Shown here piece after piece: positions 8,341 through 16,418 of a DNA stretch of 26,491 nucleotides (positions within the stretch are counted from its first letter, which is position 1; every line of letters starts with the position of its first letter). The stretch is from a virus. Its lineage: Duplodnaviria > Caudoviricetes. Both the position numbers and the translations under genes were made by a program. A model generated the notes under the pieces. The model was not told the origin of the DNA and searched no databases. It saw only the letters and a program-made list of their open reading frames with translations. Where the stretch lies: the IMG/VR virus record IMGVR_UViG_3300018413_000031, positions 1 through 26,491 of that record; one strand, written 5' to 3'.

Positions 8341-9006
8341 TTATTTGACAAACTTGAAGTGGCGTTCGTACACGTGAAGTGAGCCAACTTGCCACGTAAT
8401 ATCACCGACGCTATAATCGGCTTCACCAAGACGGTTAATATCAGCAACAAGATTTTGAAGAACATGCAGTTGCCAAGCATAGTCATTGCGATAGCCAAAG
8501 ATAACATCATTGCTTCGCATTTGAACAACTGCATTCACTTGGTTTCCTCGGATAAGATACTGAACTGCGTTTGTGCAGATAAAGTCAGACATGCCATTCG
8601 CGGAAAAGTCAGTATGCATTGTAGGGCGTTGATAAATCATCACTGCCCTGCGAGTTTGGCGATCTGCAAGAAGCTGAGTTAAAACCTTTTGGTATTGATT
8701 AAAGTTTTCATCACTGTTGATAAGGTATCCATAATTGGAGTTAATCTGCCCGCTATCAGAGGAAATGCTTTTCCAAATAGCAGGTGTTTCACCGGGTATA
8801 TCTTCAACGTTCAAGCTTTGGCTTTCATACCAAGCGATTTCACGAGAGATGTATTCTTCATTAGGTGTACCAAAGATTGCCGGAGCATCAGCAAGAAAGC
8901 TCGCACCAACAAGGTCAAGTGTTTTAACACCGGTTTTATCTTCTACGTATTCTTCATTCTCAAGTGCAGAAATGAAGTAAGAACGTATGTCTTTTATTGT
9001 TTGCAT
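8341..9006 (-). CDS. gp42: dCMP hydroxymethylase (T4 gp42 homolog)
   Basis: Near-continuous match to T4 gp42: DKTGVKT, GASF.AD, DIPGETP.IW, INSNYG, GMSDFICTN (catalytic Cys), MRSNDV.FG.RNDYAWQ (cytosine-specifying Asp), GSLHVY. Confidence 0.95.
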   Translation of the reverse strand: MQTIKDIRSYFISALENEEYVEDKTGVKTLDLVGASFLADAPAIFGTPNEEYISREIAWYESQSLNVEDIPGETPAIWKSISSDSGQINSNYGYLINSDENFNQYQKVLTQLLADRQTRRAVMIYQRPTMHTDFSANGMSDFICTNAVQYLIRGNQVNAVVQMRSNDVIFGYRNDYAWQLHVLQNLVADINRLGEADYSVGDITWQVGSLHVYERHFKFVK

Positions 9007-9012
9007 GGATAT

Positions 9013-9041
9013 ATTATATCAAAAATTTGGTAAAATGTAAA
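9013..9041 (-). promoter_or_regulatory. Sigma70-type early promoter, leaderless configuration
   Basis: TTTACA-N17-TATAAT, then 6 nt, then ATG (9006). Confidence 0.78.
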
Positions 9042-9093
9042 TACAATTATTCAACACAAACCTCGTGTAAAAGCCAACCGCGGTTGATCATAA

Positions 9094-9255
9094 TTAGTAA
9101 ACTCTAGTTGCTGTATAAAGTCTGAGGGCTTTACCGCTAAAGGCACTGGCCCCACCTGTCTTTGCGTAGGCCTGATTAATTGCGCTTTGCTTTGAATAGG
9201 CACGCACCTGACCCATTGGTTGTCCGTCGTAAAAAACTTTATAGATAAAGATCAC
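9094..9255 (-). CDS. Small hypothetical protein (53 aa)
   Basis: Below the ORF-track cutoff. GTG start 3 nt after the upstream stop; MIFIYKVFYDGQPMGQVRAYSKQSAINQAYAKTGGASAFSGKALRLYTATRVY fills the gap. Confidence 0.55.
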   Translation of the reverse strand: MIFIYKVFYDGQPMGQVRAYSKQSAINQAYAKTGGASAFSGKALRLYTATRVY

Positions 9256-9258
9256 GGG

Positions 9259-9447
9259 TTAATTAATAGGGTCAGGTGTTATGAAGTCCAGTCGATCGGC
9301 GGTAACATCGTGCTCGCCGCCAATGCGGTCAATGCAAAAGTAATCACCTGTGTCGGGATCACGCTCTTCAACAATGGCCCAGATTTTTCCGTCAATAAGA
9401 ACTTCTGAACCGCGTTCGAATTCTTCGTTTTCTTCTGTGTTTTTCAT
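9259..9447 (-). CDS. Small acidic beta-rich hypothetical protein, paralog of 9462-9641
   Basis: GSEVLIDGKIWAIVEE...CIDRIGGEH is similar to its neighbour. Confidence 0.7.
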   Translation of the reverse strand: MKNTEENEEFERGSEVLIDGKIWAIVEERDPDTGDYFCIDRIGGEHDVTADRLDFITPDPIN

Positions 9448-9461
9448 ATTACAATTTCTAA

Positions 9462-9641
9462 TTAAAGGTCCTTTGGGCGGAGCACGCTTTCGGGATCAAC
9501 ACGGTGTTCTTCGCCATGGCGGTCAACACAAACAAGAAAGGTTTCACCGGTGCTGTCCTCGATAACCTCTTCTACTTTAGCCCAGATGCCTCCGGCAATA
9601 AGGACGTGTTCCCCTGGTTCAATGATTGTTTTATCTTTCAT
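9462..9641 (-). CDS. Small hypothetical protein, paralog of 9259-9447
   Basis: GEHVLIAGGIWAKVEE...CVDRHGEEH; start moved to ATG 9641. Confidence 0.7.
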   Translation of the reverse strand: MKDKTIIEPGEHVLIAGGIWAKVEEVIEDSTGETFLVCVDRHGEEHRVDPESVLRPKDL

Positions 9642-9888
9642 GATAGTATTCGAGTGCAAGACTCTTAAGTATAAAGTCAATTGATGTGTCCATTTGATCG
9701 GCTTCGCGAAGCGTTTTAACATCGACCCAACTGTGGGTAGTGTGATTGGTCACCTTGCGTTTTACCATGCCTCCTTCGATAAAGTGATCCTCACTCCAGC
9801 CAAGCTCTTTATAGAGGTATTCCAAAGCGATTTTCCTTTGCTCTTCAGGAGAGATAGTGATGCTAATTTGTCCTGTTACGGTTTTCAT
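9631..9888 (-). CDS. Hypothetical protein
   Basis: ATG start; tiles with neighbours in the early-gene run. Confidence 0.6.
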   Translation of the reverse strand: MKTVTGQISITISPEEQRKIALEYLYKELGWSEDHFIEGGMVKRKVTNHTTHSWVDVKTLREADQMDTSIDFILKSLALEYYHER

Positions 9889-9916
9889 AGATGCAGTAAA
9901 TTAGTGGTTGGGGGTT

Positions 9917-10237
9917 TTACATTGACCAGTAGGTCTCAGAAGAAGGGCTGCAGTAGAGCGGGGTGTTAGCCGGCTCCATGTATTTTTTTCCAGTCATGAG
10001 GTTGGTCCGCTCGACCATTTTGACCTCACCGTTTTCGTAATCGGGGCAGATCCCGTGGGTGTATTCTTCGATTGTGCAAACTGCTGCGAAGTCGGAAAGC
10101 TCGTTGAGACGGTTAGCCAAACGGGTTGCTGGTCCTTTGGTCTCGTAAAAGGCTCGGTCAAAACCGGATGGGTTTTTGTAAAAAGCATATCCTGTGTCAA
10201 TGCGATAAACGACGTATTTTGTTTTGTGTGGGATCAT
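9917..10237 (-). CDS. Hypothetical phage protein
   Basis: ATG after an AT-rich leader. The C-terminal NLMTG...TPLYCSPSSETYWSM is a motif I recall from uncharacterised phage proteins. Confidence 0.7.
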   Translation of the reverse strand: MIPHKTKYVVYRIDTGYAFYKNPSGFDRAFYETKGPATRLANRLNELSDFAAVCTIEEYTHGICPDYENGEVKMVERTNLMTGKKYMEPANTPLYCSPSSETYWSM

Positions 10238-10284
10238 AATATAAAAAAGTTAAAGTGAAAAATTAGGGGTTGGATTAAATTGGA

Positions 10285-10584
10285 TTAGAGCTTGTTGGCT
10301 GCGAGTAGCTCGTCTGCTGTTGGCAGGGTCTCAGCATATTGCTGAAGGTCGTAAATGATATCGTCAAGGATTTCTCTGTAATGCTGATGGGTATCCCATT
10401 TAGAATTCTCGGCGATCGTGTTGACGATCGTGTCCTTGATTGTCTCATGAAGGTTTGGATCCTCCATGGCCTTGGCCTTTTCACGTTGAATATAGGCTAC
10501 GCGGGTCGCATGAACCATTCCCCTGGCCTTGGCCTTTTCAAGTTGAATATTGGCTGTGCGGGCGGCGAGTTGTTGATTAGTCAT
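10285..10584 (-). CDS. Hypothetical early protein
   Basis: First gene after the promoter at 10629-10657; start moved to ATG 10584 (MTNQQLAA). Confidence 0.65.
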   Translation of the reverse strand: MTNQQLAARTANIQLEKAKARGMVHATRVAYIQREKAKAMEDPNLHETIKDTIVNTIAENSKWDTHQHYREILDDIIYDLQQYAETLPTADELLAANKL

Positions 10585-10628
10585 AATATAGTAGGGTTGT
10601 TTGGGATTAGTAGTACCGTTACAGATAT

Positions 10629-10657
10629 ATTCTAACACAGTTTGGGATAAATGTAAA
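10629..10657 (-). promoter_or_regulatory. Sigma70-type early promoter
   Basis: TTTACA-N17-TAGAAT with an AT-rich upstream region; closely resembles the promoter at 25726-25754. Confidence 0.72.
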
Positions 10658-10689
10658 TAGAAAAATGCTAAAAAAGTGCATTTTTTCCA

Positions 10690-10723
10690 AATTTGATACA
10701 AAACTTGCCCAATTTGATACAAA
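10690..10723. repeat. 13-bp direct repeat AATTTGATACAAA x2, 21-bp period
   Basis: Copies at 10690-10702 and 10711-10723; each has the pseudo-palindromic core TTTG-ATA-CAAA. Confidence 0.7.
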
Positions 10724-10737
10724 CCAGCGAGATTTGG

Positions 10738-11991
10738 CTATTTTACGCTATGGCCGTAAGAAAGATTCTCCGGAAGGGGAGATAGCGAATTCATGGCCGA
10801 AAATAGTTCTGAAAACTTGTCTTCAAAAACATCGCCAATCAGCAAATCTGTTAGGGTACCTTTCAACTCGGGGGTTTCCTTTATCAGATCAGCAAAGTTA
10901 AAGGTGGGATGATAAAAGGCATAAACGATTTTTCTCATTCGTTCAATAGCATCACATAACGATTTTCCGTACTCGGCGAAGCAATCCTTTTCCGACTTTG
11001 GCGTGGTGAGATGAGTGTGAATTGCGTCGGCGGCAAGTTCGGCTGATTTAAGAGCAAGGAAAACACCCGATGAAAAGACGGGATCAAGAAAGGCAAAGGC
11101 ATCACCTACTAAAACCATACCAGGTGTTGCGCAATGGGTAGCACGATAGCTATAGTCGCCAGTGACCCATGTTTGACCAACTTGCTCGGCCGTGGAGAGG
11201 GAATCCTTTATCCACAAGTTGTTTTCAATCTCGCGTTCGAGTATCTCCTTTGGATCTTGTGTGTCAGAAAAAAGATAATCTCGCTCAGCAACAATGCCTA
11301 ACGAAACTCGGTCGCCTTGTTGAGGAATGTGCCAAAACCAACCTTTGTTTGGTAGTGCGGCTATAGTCGTTGAACCTTCGTCGATTCCACAGTTTCTTTT
11401 TCCGCCTTTGTAATAAGTCCAAATGGCTACCTTGTTTAAGCCTGGATCACGCTGTCTCCACTTTGACTTACTTGAATAAAAGCAGTCGCGGCCAGATGCA
11501 TCAACTATTTGTTTACAATGAAACCCGCGTAAAGTGCCTTTGTGTTTAGCGACAAGACCCGTGATTCTTGCAGTGCGTTGATCGTAAGTGGTAGAAAGAA
11601 CTTTGCTTTCATCACGAAATGTAGCACCATTACCTACCGCCTTTTCAATCAGCATTTGGTCAAACGCTGCACGTTCAACTTGCCAGGTGATGGATGAAGG
11701 ATGATCCTTATGATCAGAGAAATAAAACGGACTACTCACCTTTCCTTCTTCGGAAGCAAATTGAACGCTGTGTTTTTTCTGAAAACCGATTTCATCCATA
11801 CGGGAAACCAAGCCCAGTCGATTCAGTGTATACCAACAAAAAGGCATAAGGCTTTCGCCAACGTGATACCTTGGAAACTTTTCCTTTTCCAGTATAAGAA
11901 CACTATGGCCTTGCTCGGCAAGCAGTGCTGCAGTTGTACTTCCTGCAGGGCCTCCGCCAATTACAATAACATCCCACGTATCTTTAAGCAT
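10738..11991 (-). CDS. FAD-dependent halogenase-like oxidoreductase
   Basis: GGGPAG, FPRYHVGESL, GFQKK (candidate catalytic Lys), GWFWHIP (WxWxIP), GDAFAFLDPVFSSG (FxxPxxSxG). ATG 11991 overlaps the upstream TGA. Confidence 0.85.
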   Translation of the reverse strand: MLKDTWDVIVIGGGPAGSTTAALLAEQGHSVLILEKEKFPRYHVGESLMPFCWYTLNRLGLVSRMDEIGFQKKHSVQFASEEGKVSSPFYFSDHKDHPSSITWQVERAAFDQMLIEKAVGNGATFRDESKVLSTTYDQRTARITGLVAKHKGTLRGFHCKQIVDASGRDCFYSSKSKWRQRDPGLNKVAIWTYYKGGKRNCGIDEGSTTIAALPNKGWFWHIPQQGDRVSLGIVAERDYLFSDTQDPKEILEREIENNLWIKDSLSTAEQVGQTWVTGDYSYRATHCATPGMVLVGDAFAFLDPVFSSGVFLALKSAELAADAIHTHLTTPKSEKDCFAEYGKSLCDAIERMRKIVYAFYHPTFNFADLIKETPELKGTLTDLLIGDVFEDKFSELFSAMNSLSPLPENLSYGHSVK

Positions 11992-12197
11992 CAAAGTAAA
12001 AACTTCCCTATGATACCAACAGCGGTCATTGCTCCGTTGGTAATGATAATTGGTTTGTCTTTCATTCTAATGCCGGCGGTTAGCCAGATCAGACCTCCAA
12101 GAATTTGAAGATACCATCCAACTGCAACGCCAGCACTGAATAGGCCAAAACCAAGAATAAGGAAGGCCGTGGCCGTCCATTTCAAAATGCCTGTCAT
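11991..12197 (-). CDS. Small membrane protein (2-3 TM helices)
   Basis: Hydrophobic 68 aa; TGATG coupling to the halogenase-like gene. Confidence 0.7.
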   Translation of the reverse strand: MTGILKWTATAFLILGFGLFSAGVAVGWYLQILGGLIWLTAGIRMKDKPIIITNGAMTAVGIIGKFLL

Positions 12198-12202
12198 TAA
12201 GT

Positions 12203-12499
12203 TTACTTGATAATCCCAACCTTCTTGAGCTTTCCTTTACCCCAGTCCCCTTGAAGCTTTTTAATATCCCGTGCGGTGAGTTCTTCAACAATATATGTTT
12301 TACCGCCAAGTTTTACTTCAGTCTTTACTGGCTCAATAACTTCTTCAACGGTTTCTTCCTCCGCAGCTTCAACCTCTTCAAGAAGATCGTCTTCTTCTGA
12401 AGACTTGTCTGTAAATTGAGGAGCGATTTGTTTTTCATCACCCCATATAAGATCGGCTTGGCCGCTGTTCCATCCAAAGATTCTTTTAAGTAGTCTCAT
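12203..12499 (-). CDS. Acidic hypothetical protein
   Basis: ATG preceded by an AATAAATA late-promoter-like box at 12506-12513. Confidence 0.65.
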   Translation of the reverse strand: MRLLKRIFGWNSGQADLIWGDEKQIAPQFTDKSSEEDDLLEEVEAAEEETVEEVIEPVKTEVKLGGKTYIVEELTARDIKKLQGDWGKGKLKKVGIIK

Positions 12500-12517
12500 A
12501 GTTTTTATTTATTAAAT

Positions 12518-13456
12518 TTAAGAATTTTGCAAAGCCCACTCGATTGCGCGAGCGGCTTCTTTTTTGAAGGGACGGTTCTTATACCACTCTCCAGTTTCGT
12601 TATCAATCTCCTTTGCCAACGATTCAATCTCGGCAGGTGTGATTGGATATCCTTTCTTAATTGCATTGGCAGCAATAGAACTCATTATAGAATACATCTT
12701 AGCATACCACCCAGTCTCTGAAATACACCGATATTCGCTTACATGTTTTTGATTAACGAATGGGCAATCCCGATAAGAAGACCACTGGTAGCTTGTATTA
12801 TTCAGCCGTTCTTTCTTATACGCTAGTAGCTTCTCTTGCATCTCAGCGCTTAACTTATCCTTAAATGAAGAAGAGTTTGGTTCTGCAAAAGGATGCTTTT
12901 TGAGTAGCTCGTCGCAATTAAGAAACTGCGCGTCACGATGAAAGCGAATGAACTGATATGAATTGGGATACTGAGCAGGAACGTAATACATACGAGAAAG
13001 ATCCTTTGTCTGAGGATCGCCTAGCTCGTTATATTCCTTGTTAAGAGCAAACCAAAAGTGCTTTATCTTATCAGCAGGAATATATGCGTCACAAGGAATA
13101 ACAATGCGAAACTTTGGGTTCTCCTTTGTGCTGCTTGCCGAGGAATAACAAATATGACGAATACCTTTAAAGCTTTGCAGCGCTTCTTCAAAGGTGCATT
13201 CATAATCATCAATATCCAGTGCAGCCCATGAACCCCAGCCGAGGACGTTTACATTCCTTCGCTTTTCACCAGGCTTATAAACGGCCGGGCTGATAAGAGG
13301 AGAGCTTTTTCCGCGCTCACCTTTCTTTGGCTTGTACCCAGGCTGTTGACTCAACCCCTCTAGGAGAGACTCAAATTCATCCCACGTCTTGAACGTCATT
13401 CTACGATGTGTAGAATTATCAAAGATTGAGTTGAATATTGTAAGAGAGTATTCCAT
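12518..13456 (-). CDS. Archaeo-eukaryotic primase (PrimPol)-like protein
   Basis: LISPAVY, ALDIDD (DxD), YSSASS..., KFRIVIP, DPQTKDLSRMYY, plus a helical PriCT-like C-terminus. Confidence 0.7.
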   Translation of the reverse strand: MEYSLTIFNSIFDNSTHRRMTFKTWDEFESLLEGLSQQPGYKPKKGERGKSSPLISPAVYKPGEKRRNVNVLGWGSWAALDIDDYECTFEEALQSFKGIRHICYSSASSTKENPKFRIVIPCDAYIPADKIKHFWFALNKEYNELGDPQTKDLSRMYYVPAQYPNSYQFIRFHRDAQFLNCDELLKKHPFAEPNSSSFKDKLSAEMQEKLLAYKKERLNNTSYQWSSYRDCPFVNQKHVSEYRCISETGWYAKMYSIMSSIAANAIKKGYPITPAEIESLAKEIDNETGEWYKNRPFKKEAARAIEWALQNS

Positions 13457-13458
13457 TC

Positions 13459-13866
13459 TTATACGCCTGTAAGCGTACCGTGATTACCTTCGTGACTTGG
13501 GTTCTCCCATCCTTCGGGCTTAATCAAATCTGGAAGTCCGAGGGGATTCGGCCGTTCTTCTTTAATGCCAACTTCCTTTGCCATATTTGCCTTATGAACT
13601 TCGTCCCACGCTTTATAAGCATCAACGCCAAAAGCATCAAGAGTTCCAATCGCGACGACGCATAGGTCAATCAGCCCATCCACGACTTCTTCTGCATCAA
13701 CCTCGTAAACCGCCGCTGACTTTGTTTCGTTAAGTTCTTCGTCAAGAAACCTTAGTCTAAACTCAAGGAACTCCTTCAGCTTCTTTTTATCAAAATCCTT
13801 AACGGCTTCGTGAACACCGAACTTGCGGTGCATATCATTTATATCTTTTACCCAGTCTTTACTCAT
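13459..13866 (-). CDS. MazG-like / PRA-PH family NTP pyrophosphohydrolase (candidate dCTPase/dUTPase)
   Basis: EELNE...EVVDGLIDL...WDEVHKANMAK...KPEGW; start moved to ATG 13866. Confidence 0.8.
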   Translation of the reverse strand: MSKDWVKDINDMHRKFGVHEAVKDFDKKKLKEFLEFRLRFLDEELNETKSAAVYEVDAEEVVDGLIDLCVVAIGTLDAFGVDAYKAWDEVHKANMAKEVGIKEERPNPLGLPDLIKPEGWENPSHEGNHGTLTGV

Positions 13867-13882
13867 AGTTGTTATATTATAG

Positions 13883-16372
13883 TTATCCAAAAAATTGTTC
13901 AAGGTCGGCCACAGGTTCTACGTGCCAACCAATTGCGTCAAGAATCATCTTGATCGGATCAACAAAAGTTTTGCTGAACTGTAATTCATAGTCAATGTAA
14001 CGATCAAGTTCAAGTTCGGTCGGAAGATGATCGGGAAAGGAGATGATATTCTGCTGAATAGGATTAGGCTTTTTAAGATATACAAACTTAATCTTATCAC
14101 CGCTTTGAATAAGAGGAAACTGCTTATCGAGTCCACGGTCCTTAATTGCTTTGTTATACAGCAGCGAACCTCTTACGTGAATAGGTGTACCTTTTTCAAA
14201 TATAGTATTTGTGTTTGCCCACTTACGAAGAGCGTTAACACCACGGGGAAAGGCAACCTTATCCGCTGGAAGATCGCAGAAGTGAGATTTGAAAAGTTGA
14301 ATTGCTTCTTGTGTTTTACCTTCATCACCAGTCATGATAATCTTGAACATTGCGTTCATAGCTTCTCGACAGACTTGCGGAGTTGAACTCTTGATAGCCT
14401 CAATACCCATGATCTTGATCTTTGGTTCTGCATACTGAACACCTTCATTGTTATGAACATTGAGGATGTATCGTTTCTTAGCAGTCCAGATTCCACGATC
14501 GGCAATAGCTTCTCTTGCCATAACCATACGGTTGGTATAAGCGTTACTTGATTCGGCAAACTCATCAAAAGCTTTTACGAACATCGGCTCAATAGCTTTG
14601 GAACCAAACTCATCAAGGAATGCAACGGGATCCTTTGGTTTAAACTTATCAATTACGTCCTTTGCTGACACGTATAACGAGTCAGTATCAATCGCAATAA
14701 CACGATCCTTCTTTTCTTTGAGAAAGTCGTCAAGAAAATCATTTAACTTTTCTTCAGCATACTTAATCACAGCTTGGCCTGTTAGAGTAATTCCTGAAGC
14801 AATACGAAGATCAAAGTAACGAAAATATTTGTTACCACACGCTCCGTACAAAGAGTTAAGAAGAATCTTAACCGCCATCTGAGAAGTATCAAGTCTGGCC
14901 ACGTCACCTTCGGCAACCTTCATTCCTTGCTTATCGGATTTTGAAACCTTTTCCAATCTTTGCTTGGCAAGAATCATATCATCTTTGATTTCAACACGCT
15001 TGGCATAAAGCTCTTCAACAATCTCTGGAATAATTCCCTTCTTAGCTTTACTAAACACAGCACCGTTTGAAGCACGTGCACCAATAGGATCTTTCATTGG
15101 GAGCAGCGTTTCGGGCGACATGTTATATTGAACAATAAGATTAGGATACAGAGAGTTAAGGTCAAATGACATAACCCAGTCATGCATACCAACGTGAGGT
15201 TCCTTTACATACCCTCCTGGGTAACTTTCGGAATAGTTGTCTTTGCTTGGTAACACGGCAATCTTTTTATTAGCCAGGCGGCGGAAGATAATGCTGTCCC
15301 ATATTGCTGTAGTGCCAAGGGTATCTGTATAATTCACGCCGCCAAGATAAGCCATTGTTAGGACAAGCGTAATAAGGCCGAGCTTTTCTTCCATACGATC
15401 AACCAGCTCAACATCCTTGATGTTATAGTCAACAAACATCTGATAGTCTGCATCATAAAGATCGCGGAGAGTACCAATCTCTGAATAGTCAAGTTTCTTC
15501 TCGCCAAGAACCACACTCGCAATATGATTAAGCGAATAAGACTCTTGGTTACCATAGGTATAAGCAAACTTCTTAAAGAGCTCCATGTAGTCCAATGACT
15601 GAACCCCGCTTATATCAAAAGTAACTTGTGTCTTACCCATGATGGTAATCTCACGACGATTAATCTTACCCCAAGGTGAAAGACCTTTGGCGGTGTTTTC
15701 TCCAAGAAGAATCGCGGAGCGAGCAATAAGATAAGGAATATCAAAGAACCTTGTATTCCATCCCGTGATAACATCAGGTGTGTAATCAGGCTGAGACCAA
15801 TGATCAATAAAGTCGTGAAGCATTTCAGCCTCAGATTCAAACTGACGATACTCGATTTTAAGGTGAGTCAGTTTAGATGCAGCCACATCATAAGGCTTTA
15901 AGCCCCATACACGATACCGATCTTCTTTACTTGATTTGTACGCAAGTGTAAGGATTTCGTTTGTGGGATTATCAACATCGGGAAACCCGTCACCGTAACT
16001 CGTCTCAATGTCAAGAGAGGCGACATCAATGTTGGCGCGAGAATAATCAATTTCACCTGGAAACTGACTTTGAATAAAAGCAGGAATGTGACGGGTATTG
16101 CCATAAAGGTTGAAGTCAGGTACTCCGTCATAAGTCTTTTCAAACTGTCGTACCTCGGCCATTGATTCAAAGCGCATAGGCTCAACCGGTGTACCGTCAA
16201 GCGCTTTCCATTCAGTGTCATCGGATTTTGACTGAAGAAAAAGCTGAGGACGGTAACGAATCTTTTCACGGACTTTATTCCCTTGGTCGTCGTAACCGCG
16301 ATAAAGAAGTGAATTGCCATAGCGGTCAACACAGGTGTAAAACCCATTTTTAATGTGGTCGGTTTTTAGCAT
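13883..16372 (-). CDS. gp43: Family B DNA polymerase (T4 gp43-like)
   Basis: Exonuclease DIET and GWNTRFFD; polymerase SFDLNSLYP, KILLNSLYG, DTDS, KKRY; C-terminal clamp motif LEQFFG. True start is ATG 16372. Confidence 0.98.
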   Translation of the reverse strand: MLKTDHIKNGFYTCVDRYGNSLLYRGYDDQGNKVREKIRYRPQLFLQSKSDDTEWKALDGTPVEPMRFESMAEVRQFEKTYDGVPDFNLYGNTRHIPAFIQSQFPGEIDYSRANIDVASLDIETSYGDGFPDVDNPTNEILTLAYKSSKEDRYRVWGLKPYDVAASKLTHLKIEYRQFESEAEMLHDFIDHWSQPDYTPDVITGWNTRFFDIPYLIARSAILLGENTAKGLSPWGKINRREITIMGKTQVTFDISGVQSLDYMELFKKFAYTYGNQESYSLNHIASVVLGEKKLDYSEIGTLRDLYDADYQMFVDYNIKDVELVDRMEEKLGLITLVLTMAYLGGVNYTDTLGTTAIWDSIIFRRLANKKIAVLPSKDNYSESYPGGYVKEPHVGMHDWVMSFDLNSLYPNLIVQYNMSPETLLPMKDPIGARASNGAVFSKAKKGIIPEIVEELYAKRVEIKDDMILAKQRLEKVSKSDKQGMKVAEGDVARLDTSQMAVKILLNSLYGACGNKYFRYFDLRIASGITLTGQAVIKYAEEKLNDFLDDFLKEKKDRVIAIDTDSLYVSAKDVIDKFKPKDPVAFLDEFGSKAIEPMFVKAFDEFAESSNAYTNRMVMAREAIADRGIWTAKKRYILNVHNNEGVQYAEPKIKIMGIEAIKSSTPQVCREAMNAMFKIIMTGDEGKTQEAIQLFKSHFCDLPADKVAFPRGVNALRKWANTNTIFEKGTPIHVRGSLLYNKAIKDRGLDKQFPLIQSGDKIKFVYLKKPNPIQQNIISFPDHLPTELELDRYIDYELQFSKTFVDPIKMILDAIGWHVEPVADLEQFFG

Positions 16373-16378
16373 AATGTA

Positions 16379-16407
16379 ATTATACCATATTTTAAGCTGA
16401 TTGTAAA
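16379..16407 (-). promoter_or_regulatory. Sigma70-type early promoter for gene 43, leaderless configuration
   Basis: TTTACA-N17-TATAAT, then 6 nt, then ATG (16372). Confidence 0.78.
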
Positions 16408-16418
16408 TACAAAAATAA

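Noticed and set aside
8341-9006. Thymidylate synthase or dUMP hydroxymethylase call
   Set aside because: The sequence follows T4 gp42 closely and has Asp (RNDYAW) at the base-specificity position, indicating dCMP.
9047-9091. 14-aa ORF MINRGWLLHEVCVE
   Set aside because: Too short to support, although it tiles the gap before the gene 42 promoter.
10738-11991. Claim that the halogenase makes halogenated DNA bases
   Set aside because: It is separated from the modification cluster by a separately promoted run of small genes and lacks any DNA- or clamp-binding feature; kept only as a test to run.
230-16372. Introns or inteins in gp41, UvsX or gp43
   Set aside because: All have normal lengths and contiguous motifs.
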